Assembly: GCF_001194135.2 (NCBI RefSeq) | Contig: NC_068984.1 | Span: forward strand, 42,485,042-42,549,041 | Direction: 5' to 3' | Origin: Octopus bimaculoides | Taxonomy: Eukaryota | Length of the DNA stretch: 64,000 nt | Part shown: piece by piece, positions 40,072-51,300 of the stretch | Layout: every line of letters begins with the position of its first letter | Position numbering within the stretch: the first letter of the stretch is position 1 | Position numbers and translations under genes: made by a program | The notes under the pieces: generated by a model | Told to the model about the DNA's origin: nothing | What the model saw: the letters and a program-made list of their open reading frames with translations, nothing else | The model's database searches: none

Positions 40072-41775
40072 GCCGTCACATCCATCATTATCGTTTGATC
40101 GATTATCAACTTCTCCACTAACATCAATAGCACAATCAACGAAAACATTAATTACATCATCACATCCATCACTTATATCATCAACATCAACATCGTCATC
40201 ATCATTGTTGCCGTCATCCTCCTCATCTTCCTCATCCTCATCATCATCATTGTCATCTTCCATACCACTACCATCACGCACGAAAAATTACTTATCAACA
40301 TTATTGTTATCGTCATCGAATTTGTCGTCTATATTCTCCTCATTAAATGTAAAAGTGAATCCGTTAAAGGAATTGTTTAGGGTTGAGAAAAGTGAAAAGC
40401 ATGCAAAAAACAATTGGGACTTTGAGGACAAAAGGGGAAATATTGGTGGGAACGAAACAGATATATCATTAAAAGACAAGACTGAGACCGAAACACGGCA
40501 GCATCGCGATGCTGTGTTTACCGGTTATAACCGTGATACTGTAAAATTAAACAAAACATTGAAGCCTCACAACCACACACACAAACGTCTACATGACAAC
40601 AACAATAACAAAAACAACACTTTTAACAAAAACAACAAATCACTTCCAGAAATGGATACCTACACGAACACGCGTCCTGCCATTTCAAAGGAAACATTTG
40701 TTTCTGGACACTTACTTTCAGTGCCAACGTTGAAGGCGGATCATGTCGCAGGTAAAGACAAACCATTACGGATTATTACTGACATTACTAACCGCGACTT
40801 ATCTGTAACTGGCACAGCGGAAACACACACTCCGTTAAAGAAAAGTGACATACAAATGACACAAAACTCTATGAAAGGCAGAGACACGACTGTTTTACAA
40901 GTAAAATTACACAGTTCTAAAAATATTTCAAAGAATTTTTCTGCCGACACGGACACCGTTAATCGGGACAAAGAAAGCAATCGGAACGCTATCTCTGACC
41001 GCGGTGACTACGATATTCATGAAAAACTATCGACTGCTACTGTGGAGAAAAACATCTCCTCACCGATGGATTTAGCACGGATTAAGCAGAGCGGAAGAAA
41101 ACACCTGATTGATATTCTACAGGTCAGTTCTAAAAGACAATTGACAAGTGAAACTATGTCAAACTTAAAGTCCTTTGCTGGATTACCCAGGCCCTTTGAC
41201 AACGTTGATTCGCTGATCAACAATTCAGTATCTGTTGTTCAAAATAATGTTTCCTTTTCTCTTCCTTCTCCTCTCAATTCTTCTTCTTCTTCTTCTTCTT
41301 CTTCTTCTTCTTCTTCTTCTTCTTCTTCTTCTTCTTCTTCTTCTTCTTCTTCTTCTTCTTCTTCTTCTTCTTCTTCTTCTTCCTCACAGATGCATCGGAC
41401 AAAACACTTTGATCTACACCCTACCTCTCCCACACACACTTTCATTGCACGTATGACATCGCACTCAACGCAGGCCCCGTCGTTGCCCGCGTTACCACCG
41501 TCGCGATCATCGGCAAAGTCGACACCTGAAAATGTGCCGACAGCCACGACGACGTCGTCGGTACTGTCAACAACGTCGCCGTTTGTTCTACCTTCGAAAG
41601 AAGGGCGTAAAATAAAGGTCTTGCCCGATCAGCATCTGACAATAAATGTCGACGATGTAAATAATGCCCTAAAAAGTCTTCCAAGTAAGAAAACGAATTT
41701 AAATAAAGTTAGGGATAAATTTTACATTTATTTCAGGCACTATAATAAGAGTATGAAAAGCTTTAATTATATTAA

Positions 41776-41834
<59 letters not shown>

Positions 41835-42792
41835 ATATTAGTAGTAAACAGAGAAACAGTACCACAAACAACTTTGTTAACAATAACAATGACACTATCT
41901 TCCTTCCATCCAAGCAACAACACCCTAACAACATAAAGAATAACCATGACGACAATAGCAACAACAAAAACAACAGTAACCATAACACTATCAGTGGTGC
42001 CCGAACACAAGGTAAGCTCCTTGATCGCAAACATATCATGAACCCCACAAATACACTTGACGCTGTCACGGTTTCAAGTTCCGTACCAGCGGCAAATGAC
42101 AAACTGACATCACCTACAACTTTCTCCCCCTCGTTCTCTTCTAGTTCTTCTCCTCCATCTACTTTCCCTTCATTATCTGAATTAGTGACAAACCGTGACC
42201 CAATATCCTCGGTTACGGACCCTAATGGGAATCTGCAAGACAACCACACACAAACACAAAACCATCCACAACAACAACAACAGCAACAACAAACACAACA
42301 ATCACAGAAACAGAGACGACCGCCGTCACCATCAACGCCACCTTCACAACATCAGACACAGATAAGTGGCGGGCAACAAGAAGCCAAATCTTCAGTAAAT
42401 GACAATTTAAACGGCCGGGATTCCAGTAATAATGGCTTTGATCGGAAAAATGAGGACAGTACAGACGGGATGGCGAAAATCCGTCACAAACGAAGCTTTT
42501 TGGACTATTACTACGAACAGTGGGAGAAACTACAAGAAAATACAGATTTTATAGATGAATCAGTTGCTATAATACCTTCAAACTATGACAGCGATTTATC
42601 GTCAGACGATCTGGCGAAAACAGTCGAACAAACTAATACTCCGGACTCCTTCCAAGGGAACCAAGCTGCTTATGGCAGCGGAGCTGATATGTCTTTCTCC
42701 AATTTGGTGCCATGCTCCAGTAAAGAGCGATTGTTTTGTCTTAATGGGGGTACCTGTTACATTATGGTGATGATGGAACGAAAAACATGCAA
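38546..42792 (+). CDS. Large coding exon of a secreted or membrane pro-EGF-family ligand (neuregulin-like): signal peptide, long low-complexity prodomain, RHKR site, N-terminal half of the EGF domain; gene continues after an intron
   Basis: 1416-codon ORF stays open across many triplet microsatellites. Hydrophobic N-terminus (aa 9-28). No Cys between aa 15 and aa 1390. Ends SNLVPCSSKERLFCLNGGTCYIMVMMERKTCK, resembling NRG1 SHLVKCAEKEKTFCVNGGECFMV and NRG4 FCLNGGLCY as recalled. TGC AA|GTAAGT donor at 42793 gives a phase-2 intron. Confidence 0.85.
42482..42493 (+). other. Furin/proprotein convertase site RHKR (aa 1313-1316)
   Basis: CGT CAC AAA CGA matches R-X-K-R and is followed by the only complex, aromatic-rich stretch (SFLDYYYEQWEKLQE). 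Confidence 0.65.
42713..42792 (+). other. EGF domain cysteines 1-4 (C1390, C1398, C1404, C1415)
   Basis: C-x7-C-x5-C-x10-C spacing with FCLNGGTC fits the ErbB-ligand consensus CX7CX4-5CX10-13CXCX8C. Confidence 0.85.
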
Positions 42793-42798
42793 GTAAGT
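42793..42798 (+). promoter_or_regulatory. 5' splice donor GTAAGT
   Basis: Perfect consensus directly after the codon for Cys4 plus two bases of the next codon. Confidence 0.85.
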
Positions 42799-43349
42799 AG
42801 CTGAATTTCTAATAATTTTCTTACGTCGTTTTGTTTTTTTCTGCTTTAATATCTTTTTCACATCATTATGCATGTAAATACGTGTGACTCTGTTTGTGTG
42901 TGTGTGTGTGTGTATTAAAATGCAGATTTCTGCGATCGACTAATTTATTCAATTCCTAAGGACCTAGACAACATATATTGGTCACAAGGAGATTACTGTC
43001 AGAATGTCGGTAAAACGTTTCTTCCTTACTATAGGCAATTTCATACAAGTTAGCAATTATATATCTACATCAGAAGCAGGACCTCAAAACAAGTAAATTT
43101 CTTAATGGGGATACTAATGTTAAGGATACTAATGTTAAGGCTGTTAATGTTATGCACTAAACTATGTTGTTTCAAGATTCTTACATTATTATATGTTGTG
43201 GGGTCGGGTTGGTGAAATATTAAAGGAGGAGGGGAATACAGAAAAATGGTTAAGAAACACTGGTTTAGCAGGTCGCATGCATATACAGAGTGCTAGACCC
43301 TACCGTCTCTGATACCTTATGGCTGGGTAGGTAAATGCAGATACATAGG

Positions 43350-43406
<57 letters not shown>

Positions 43407-44518
43407 ATGAGAGAGAGAGGGAGAAAGCGTAGTGGGGAGAGAAAACGTCTCAGGAGCCAAGCACCGAAACTTAAATGTCAAATGACGTGTAATTAAGTAG
43501 CTTATAATACCGAGATCGAATCCTTTCAAATACTAATACATACTTTCACAGCTTCAGCTTACCGAGAATAACTTTTAGGGAAAACTACGTAAATAAAACA
43601 AAGTCCCAACAAGGCCCTGTTGATTTTTGATTTCTTGTGTATAATGGTCCAAATGGACCTTTCCCTATTCCGTATCACATGTGATACACAGGGTATACAG
43701 GATACATTTCCCTGTCGTCCATGCATCATATATGATACACATGCCCAATTATTTTGAACCATCAGGATAATTTAGGACTTATGAAAGAAAAACCTTTTTA
43801 TTCCTCAAAACGTATGAAAACAAGGGATGACTAAAAGTCTGAAAACGAGTACGTGCGTTTAAGTAAAAACTTTTGAAAAGGCTGTGGACAGGCAAAGGGT
43901 TAATAAAAAAAATATGTTATATTCAGTGACAGAAACGGTAAAGACCGAACAAAGGAGTAAAATAATTTTACTAATGAGATTTATTGTCTTCATTGTTATG
44001 CGTTCAAATACTATCGATCATTGAGAATTTTTCGTATTTTTGATTTGAGGTATAACTGCGCTGGAGTGAACGTAATTAAATTAATAGCGTTATCAATTAA
44101 CTGTGATTTCCGTGTAACATGCATCGAGGTAAAGAAAACAAAAACAACAAGCAGAAAAATCCTTGGTAGTTGTAGCCCTAGTTTTTGTTGTAATATTGTT
44201 TTAATATGCATGAATCTCTAAAATAGCGGTAGAGCAGCGACAAAACAGGAAAGGTCAAAGTTCAATGATGTGCATAATGACTTTAAATACTAAATGAGAC
44301 GTCATGCATGAACAGGAAAGGAATATAGTCTATCGTTTATTTTTACCGATTCTGACGGAATAAAATGATAAAGTTGTTCAATACATGATTTAAACTCACA
44401 ACGGAGAATAGCAAAACTTAAATGCACTAAAGTCAGTCTTCATATTGGTTTCCTTTTATTATTTTTTTTTTCAATAGTCTGCTGAGCCTCCTCCTTTAGC
44501 AATAATTCTTTCTACCGT

Positions 44519-44709
44519 GGGTACAAGGCCTGAAATTTTGGGGAAGGGACATCGACGCCAGTGACCAACTGGCACTTATTTTATCGACCCCAAAAGGATG
44601 AAAGGCAAAACCGACCTCAGGGGAATTCGAATTCAGAATATAAAGACGAACAAAATGCTGCTAAACATTTTGTCCGGCGTCATAACGATGTTGCCAGCTC
44701 GCCACCTTC
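44519..44709 (-). mobile_element. SINE family C
   Basis: cttattttatcgaccccaaaaggatgaaaggcaaa and gccagctcgccacc blocks. Confidence 0.75.
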
Positions 44710-45524
44710 CTATGGTAATAATAATTACATGAGTGACGAAGAAATAGAGGAGTCACTACATAGCCACTCTGTTTGCTAGAATTAGCAGCCAAAACATGTT
44801 CAATTCACAACCCACTTATATAAAAAATATAATAATAAAAAGTGGGGACGGCATTTTCGAAATCAGTTATGTTTGAAAGGACAGGATAATCACATCCAGA
44901 ATATCTTTGAAGGGCTAAGCTAGAGTTAAACAACCGCAGCAACAATAACAATAAAATGTGTAAAAGATACGGATTTTATTTTCCGAGTAAATACTATAAA
45001 TTTGTTTTCTTTCGTTGACCATGCTGTATTTCCTTTCCATACTGAGTATCAAGTACTACTTTATCTCATCAAGAAATAAAGGAAAGAAAGTAGAATATGA
45101 TTTGAGAGAGAGACTTGGCTGTTGTTTTTAGCAGATGGCGTAATCATGTATAGGCCTTGTAATTCAGCGTGCGATCATTGTTACAGCGTGAGTAAAAAAA
45201 AAATTTAAAACATTAAAAAGCATTCGTTGTCGTAAACTTTATTTTATTACTTTCCTAATTGTGCATCAGTCAAATGAGGCATAACCACCTACGGGAGGGA
45301 TACTGCACGGCGTTTAAACTGTTAGAAATAGCGGCAAGTCACACCTTGTTGCGTTATTGGGATATTGCACTGCGTTTGAACTGTTAGAAATAGCAGCTAG
45401 TCACAGAAGAAAAGTTTAGTTCTAGGTAAGATGTATCTCAAAAACTGTTTTGTCACAGGTAGAACGTTTAGTTCCTTGACGAGGAAGGGCTGATCTGGGC
45501 CTTGGCAACAACAGCGGTTTAATA

Positions 45525-45723
45525 GAAGAATCGTTAGCACGCCGGAAGAAAATGCTTAGCAGCATTTCTTCCGACTTTTCGTTTTGAGTTCAAATTCTGC
45601 TGAGGTCAATTTTGCCTGTCATCCTTTCGGGTTTGATAAGATGTTGATGTAATCGATTTACCCCCACTTCCCGAAATTGCTGGCCTTGTGTCAAAATTTG
45701 AAGCCAATAATTGTATTTCTTTC

Positions 45724-45764
<41 letters not shown>

Positions 45765-45906
45765 GTAACGGCGGCAGTGGAAGGATCGTTAGCATGCTGG
45801 CAAAACCGATAGCAGCATTTCCTCTGTCTTTACGCTTTGAGTTCGAATGACGCTGTGGTCGATTTTCTCTTTCCTCTTTTTGGGGGTCGATAAAATGAGT
45901 ACCAGC
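45525..45906 (+). mobile_element. Two SINE family C copies (45525-45706, 45770-45906)
   Basis: gttagcacgccgg, gagttcaaattc and ggggtcgataaaatgagtaccag blocks. Confidence 0.75.
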
Positions 45907-45944
45907 TAGAAAAATAGAGAGAGAGAAACAGAGAGATGTTAATA

Positions 45945-46342
45945 GGCGCAGGCAAAGCTGTGTGGTTAAGAAGCTACTTTGCAACATCGTAGATTTGGGT
46001 TCAGTCCCACAGCACAGCACATCGCCAAGTATCTTCCCGGACCGACCAATGCCTTTTTAAAGAATTTGGTAGACGGAGTCTGTGTGAAAGTATACATGTA
46101 TATGTGCGTGAGTAGTTGTGTATGTATGTTTATGTTTGTCCCCTTCTCACCGCTTGATAACCGGTGTCGGTTTGTTACGTCCCTGTAACTAAACGTTTCG
46201 GCGAAAGAAACGATAATGCAAATATCTGACTTTAAAAATGACTACTGGAGTCGATTTATTTGTCTAAAAACCCTTCGAGGTGGTGCTGCTCTACCATGGC
46301 CGTAGCCCAATGACTGAAAGAAGTAAACGACAAAAGAAAAGA
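45945..46342 (+). mobile_element. SINE family B, diverged full-length copy
   Basis: GGCGCAGG head, GGTTCAGTCCC, tail aatgactgaaagaagtaaac. Confidence 0.8.
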
Positions 46343-46367
46343 TATACTATTGGTATACTATTAAGAA

Positions 46368-46838
46368 TGGGTGTGTGGTAAGAGGCTCGCTTCCCAACCA
46401 CATGGTTCCGGATCGAGCCCCACTGCATGGCTCTTTGGGCAAGTGTCTCGGACCGACCAAACCTTTGTGAGTGAATTTGGTAGATGGAAACTGAAAGAAG
46501 CCCGTCGTATATATATATATATATATATATATATNNNNNNNNNNNNNNNNNNNNNNNNNNNNNNNNNNNNNNNNNNNNNNNNNNNNNNNNNNNNNNNNNN
46601 NNNNNNNNNNNNNNNNNNNNNNNNNNNNNNNNNNNNNNNNNNNNNNNNNNNNNNNNNNNNNNNNNNNNNNNNNNNNNNNNNNNNNNNNNNATCCCCATAG
46701 CCGGTTCGGCAAAAGAGACCGATAGAATAGATACTAGGCTTACAAAGAATAAGTCCTGGGGTCGACTTGCTCGAGTAAAGGCGTTGCTCCAGCATCGCCG
46801 AAGTCAAATGACAGAAACAAGTAAAAGAATAAAAGAAT
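46368..46838 (+). mobile_element. SINE family B spanning a gap
   Basis: Head, body and tail match the 32245 copy on both sides of the N-run. Confidence 0.85.
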
Positions 46839-46849
46839 GTGAAATTATC

Positions 46850-47276
46850 TCTTATCTTTTAATTGTTTTTCAGTCATTAGACTGCGACCATGCTGGAGCA
46901 TCACCTTGAAGAATATTAACCGAATAAATCGATCACAGAACTTTTTCTTTTTAAAGCTTGGTCCTTATTCTATCGATCTCTTTTGTCAAAGCGCTAAATT
47001 ACACGGACGGAAACTCACCAACACCGGTTGTCAAGCGGTGGAGATGGGGACAAACACAGAGACACACAGAGAGATATATGTACACGCACACACACACACA
47101 CACATATATGTATACTACAGGCTTCTTTCAGTTTCCGTCTACCAAATCAACTTACAATACTTTGGTTAACCCGAGGATATAGTAGAAAACCCTTGCCCAC
47201 GGTGCTACGCAGTGGGACAGAACCCGGAACCATGTGGTTGGGAAGCAAGCTTCTTACCACACAGCCACGCCTGCGC
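46850..47276 (-). mobile_element. SINE family B, antisense full-length copy
   Basis: Reverse complement of the 32245 copy, ending cacagccacgcctgcgc. Confidence 0.85.
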
Positions 47277-47499
47277 TATAAATTGTATAAAAGTTTTGAA
47301 ATAAAATTAAGTTATGATTTGTCTGGGATTGAACCCTGTTATAAACGCATGAAGAGTGCGTAGATGCAGGCATAATGATCATAGGGAAGGGAATTTCGAA
47401 AGCGAATATTTAGTCAATATTACTACAAATACATATTTGGATCTGGGGTGTTGGGGTGGACTTGTGTGTATGAATTTGTGGTGCGGCGTATTTGTGTCT

Positions 47500-47865
47500 C
47501 AATGAGTGAATATATCGCTTGACAACTGATGTTTGTGTGTTTACATCCCCATAGCCGGTTCGGCAAAAGAGTCCGATAGAATAAATATTAGGCTTACAAA
47601 GAATAAGTCCTGGGGTCGACTTGCTCGAGTAAAGGCGTTGCTCCAGCATCGCCGAAGTCAAATGACAGAAACAAGTAAAAGAATAAAAGAATGTGAAATT
47701 ATCTCTTATCTTTTACTTGTTTCAGTCATTACACTGCGGCCATGCTGGAGCACCACCTTGAAGAATATTAACCGAATAAATCGAACACTACTTTTTCTTT
47801 TTAAAGCCTGGTCCTTATTCTATCGATCTCTTTTGTCAAAGCGCTAAATTACACGGACGGAAACA
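47500..47865. mobile_element. Partial family B tails in tail-to-tail arrangement, duplicate of 46691-47015
   Basis: Near-identical over about 320 bp, including the non-SINE junction. Confidence 0.85.
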
Positions 47866-47899
47866 TCTCACTCTTGCTCTCTTTCTTTCTTTCTTTATT

Positions 47900-47966
<67 letters not shown>

Positions 47967-49079
47967 CGCATATACAAATAGATATAAGTTTATATCTATA
48001 AATATATAGATACAGGTAAATTTACGAACGCATAAATGTATGTGTATGTGTGTATGCGCGTGTGGATATATATATGTATGTGTGTGCTTTTGTGTTGATA
48101 TATATTTATGTGTGTGTGTGCGTGTGTGTGTGTGTGTGTGTGCAATGCATAAATTCATGTTTCTCTAAATATGCACGTAAATCTGTTTTTCTTTCTTCCT
48201 ACTTCCAATAAATTATCCAAACAAGCGTAGACACACCTATATGTAGGTATGTATATATGTGTCAGTATGTCAAACGTACGCATCTGTATTTAAAACGTAT
48301 GAATTACATATACGCAGTTATATTAACAGCATGATGATAATATGGTCTATCTCCAGTATCTTTGGCTTTATATTCCTTGTCTACTGACTGGAAAAAAAAT
48401 GGTTTTACATAGTGATGGGTGTGGGTGCTATATATGAACGTTATATTGAAAGCATAAGTGAAACATAGTAAATTAATTGAAGCAGAAGTTAGTAAACTCA
48501 TGCCAGTAAAGTCTGGGACTTTGAATTCGTTTGAGACATTCCTGCGCCCTAGTAAAAAATAACCAATGGCAAAGTTGTAAGTCTCGTGAATGCATAAGAA
48601 TGCATGAGACTATGAGAAGCTCATACTCCTATTCTATGAATCTGGGACATTTTGGTTAAGAAGTTAGCTTAAATGTCTAAATGTCTGACATGATTTAGTA
48701 TTAAAGCGATAATTACTCTTGAGATTTTTAACCTCATTTTTAGATATGAAATATTTTTTTTTTCCTTTTGGTATATTTAATTGGATCGGCTTGATGTCCT
48801 GTAGTCATCAAGTGATGATAGGTTCATAGTATCGTACGCTAAGGTTAAGGTCTGAAAAATTATAGCCATAAGACATCAGTTTTATATACCTTTCTTTGTT
48901 ATATGCATGCTTACATGTATGCATACATATATATACATGTACGCACATACATGCATGTATGCATGTATGTATGTGTATGCATATATACATGTCAGTCTGT
49001 GTGTGTGTATATACATATGTGTGTGTATACATGCATTTATATATATTACTTAATGTATGTACATCACACAAAGAAACAT

Positions 49080-49158
<79 letters not shown>

Positions 49159-49644
49159 NNNNNNNNNNNNNNNNNNNNNNNNNNNNNNNNNNNNNNNNNN
49201 NNNNNNNNNNNNNNNNNNNNNNNNNNNNNNNNNNNNNNNNNNNNNNNNNNNNNNNNNNNNNNNNNNNNNNNNNNNNNNNNNNNNNNNNNNNNNNNNNNNN
49301 NNNNNNNNNNNNNNNNNNNNNNNNNNNNNNNNNNNNNNNNNNNNNNNNNNNNNNNNNNNNNNNNNNNNNNNNNNNNNNNNNNNNNNNNNNNNNNNNNNNN
49401 NNNNNNNNNNNNNNNNNNNNNNNNNNNNNNNNNNNNNNNNNNNNNNNNNNNNNNNNNNNNNNNNNNNNNNNNNNNNNNNNNNNNNNNNNNNNNNNNNNNN
49501 NNNNNNNNNNNNNNNNNNNNNNNNNNNNNNNNNNNNNNNNNNNNNNNNNNNNNNNNNNNNNNNNNNNNNNNNNNNNNNNNNNNNNNNNNNNNNNNNNNNN
49601 NNNNNNNNNNNNTATATATATATATATATATATTAGTTACATGA

Positions 49645-49830
49645 CGACCGGCTGGCTGTGTCGATAGAGCGACAATACCCTGCAGTATTTCTTTCAGATC
49701 TTCAATCCCTGAGTTCAAATCCCTTCCAACGTCAACGTTTCTTTTTATCCCACCGGAATCGATAAAATGAAATACCAATCCAGTACTGAGGTCGATGGCG
49801 TCGACTCAACCTGTCCCTGAAATTTGTTAG
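49645..49830 (+). mobile_element. Decayed SINE family C
   Basis: gagttcaaatcc, gataaaatgaaataccaat and gaggtcgatggcgtcgac blocks. Confidence 0.55.
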
Positions 49831-50016
49831 AAACATTTATTCATTATTTTTATTTATTTATTTATTTATTTATTTTGGAGACGGTAGTGGGTGTGTTGAA
49901 ATAAGGGCAATGCTAAGCTATAGGCTATAATGAATGAAACGACGCGATTCTAGTCGGAAGTCATTTCGGTTGATTTGCAATGACGTGGCCACAGAATCTA
50001 TTGTCTTTCGTTAAAC

Positions 50017-50480
50017 ATCAGGTCATCAAATAAATTCTGTCCGAATTTTGAATAAAGAAAACAAGCGATCAAATGTTATAATTAATTGAAATTTAATCAT
50101 CAATGTACTTTCCCTGATTATCTATGATTCCTTCCATCTATTTACAAGCTTTTAAATCCCATCAATGTAAAACTCTTTGGATTCAAAGCAAAGAAATCTG
50201 AAATGTCAGTTTCGACCTCCTCCTGGCTAGCGAAAGTTACGTCCCCGAAATGATTCTGTAAACTACAAAACAAACGGTAGTTTGAAGGAGCAAGGTCGGG
50301 ATAATAAGGTGGATGAGGAATTTTTTCCCAACCAAGCTCTTCGATCTTCTGTGATGTGATCTTTACAGTGTGGGGTCACGCATTGTCCTGATGAAACATC
50401 ACTTCTTTTCGATTCACTAAAGCGGATATTTTATCTTCAAAGCTTGGTTCAAACGCTCTAACTGCTGAACAGTGCATTCA
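50017..50480 (-). mobile_element. Mariner (DD34D) transposase C-terminal fragment with right TIR
   Basis: Minus strand FHQDNA*PHTVK...IPHPPYYPDLAPSNY, 34 residues from the second D to the third-D position (now N). Ends GKYIDD*, with a TIR-like segment at about 50017-50050. Confidence 0.8.
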
Positions 50481-51124
50481 GTTGCATTACGTGAATGAGA
50501 TTTCACCTAACTGGGTCACCAGATTACCAAAGGTAAATATTCCAAGAAGATTTGTCATCTGTTCTCTGTAGTCGAACTGAAATGCATTGAGTTTAACCAC
50601 TTTAGGGGATAATAAATCAAAGCTCATGTGTTGACAGGTCATTATTGTAAGCAAATTAGTTTACTTTGACTTAGATATCCTTTGTCAGTCTGAGAAAGAG
50701 TGACAAGAGTTATTGTCTTTCCTGACTCTTCTAAACATGCAGGTCAAAATTACTGGGAGAGGTGGTAAGATTAATTCTTCTCTGAAATGTTCGTTCGAAG
50801 GAAGTTTCCAATGCATGTAGAATCTTAGCATTGAAAATCAAACAGTGCTTAGTATTCTGTCTTAGGCATAGAATTAAATGTTATAAAAACAAAAAAATTA
50901 GGAAATTCCTTCGGATTCCGACAATTTTCACACTCCTCTATGCTGTAATTATTAATTCACAATTCATATATCTAATATATTACTTTTACTAATAATTCAA
51001 AGACATCATTTGAGTCTGTAAATTCTATAAACAATGTTAATAGAGTGTTTGAAACATTTTTTTAAATATGCAAGAGAGTTGAAGTGAAAGACGTGTTTGG
51101 GCTTTGCGAAGATGTGTCAACATA

Positions 51125-51300
51125 GGTGCTAGCATCGCTGTGTCCTTCAGAAGTTTATTTCGCATTGCGTGGTACCGGGTTCATTTCTATTGCGTATGAC
51201 TCGGGAAAGTGTCTTCTGCTAGAGTCCTAGATTGACCAGTAACTTGTAAGCGAAGTTTTTCTATTGACGGATAATGATTAAAAGCCTGTCGTGTGTGTGT
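51125..51300 (+). mobile_element. Highly decayed SINE family B
   Basis: gggaaagtgtcttctgctagag and aagcctgtcgtgtgtg blocks. Confidence 0.5.

Noticed and set aside
38581-42770. Overlapping and antisense ORFs within the large exon (poly-D, poly-E, poly-L, poly-V)
   Set aside because: They are shadow frames of triplet repeats in the main ORF.
50735-50770. CAG|GTCAAAATTACTGGGAGAGGTG|GTAAG micro-exon as the next EGF exon
   Set aside because: It would read K-S-K-L-L-G-E-V, with no Cys5 or Cys6.
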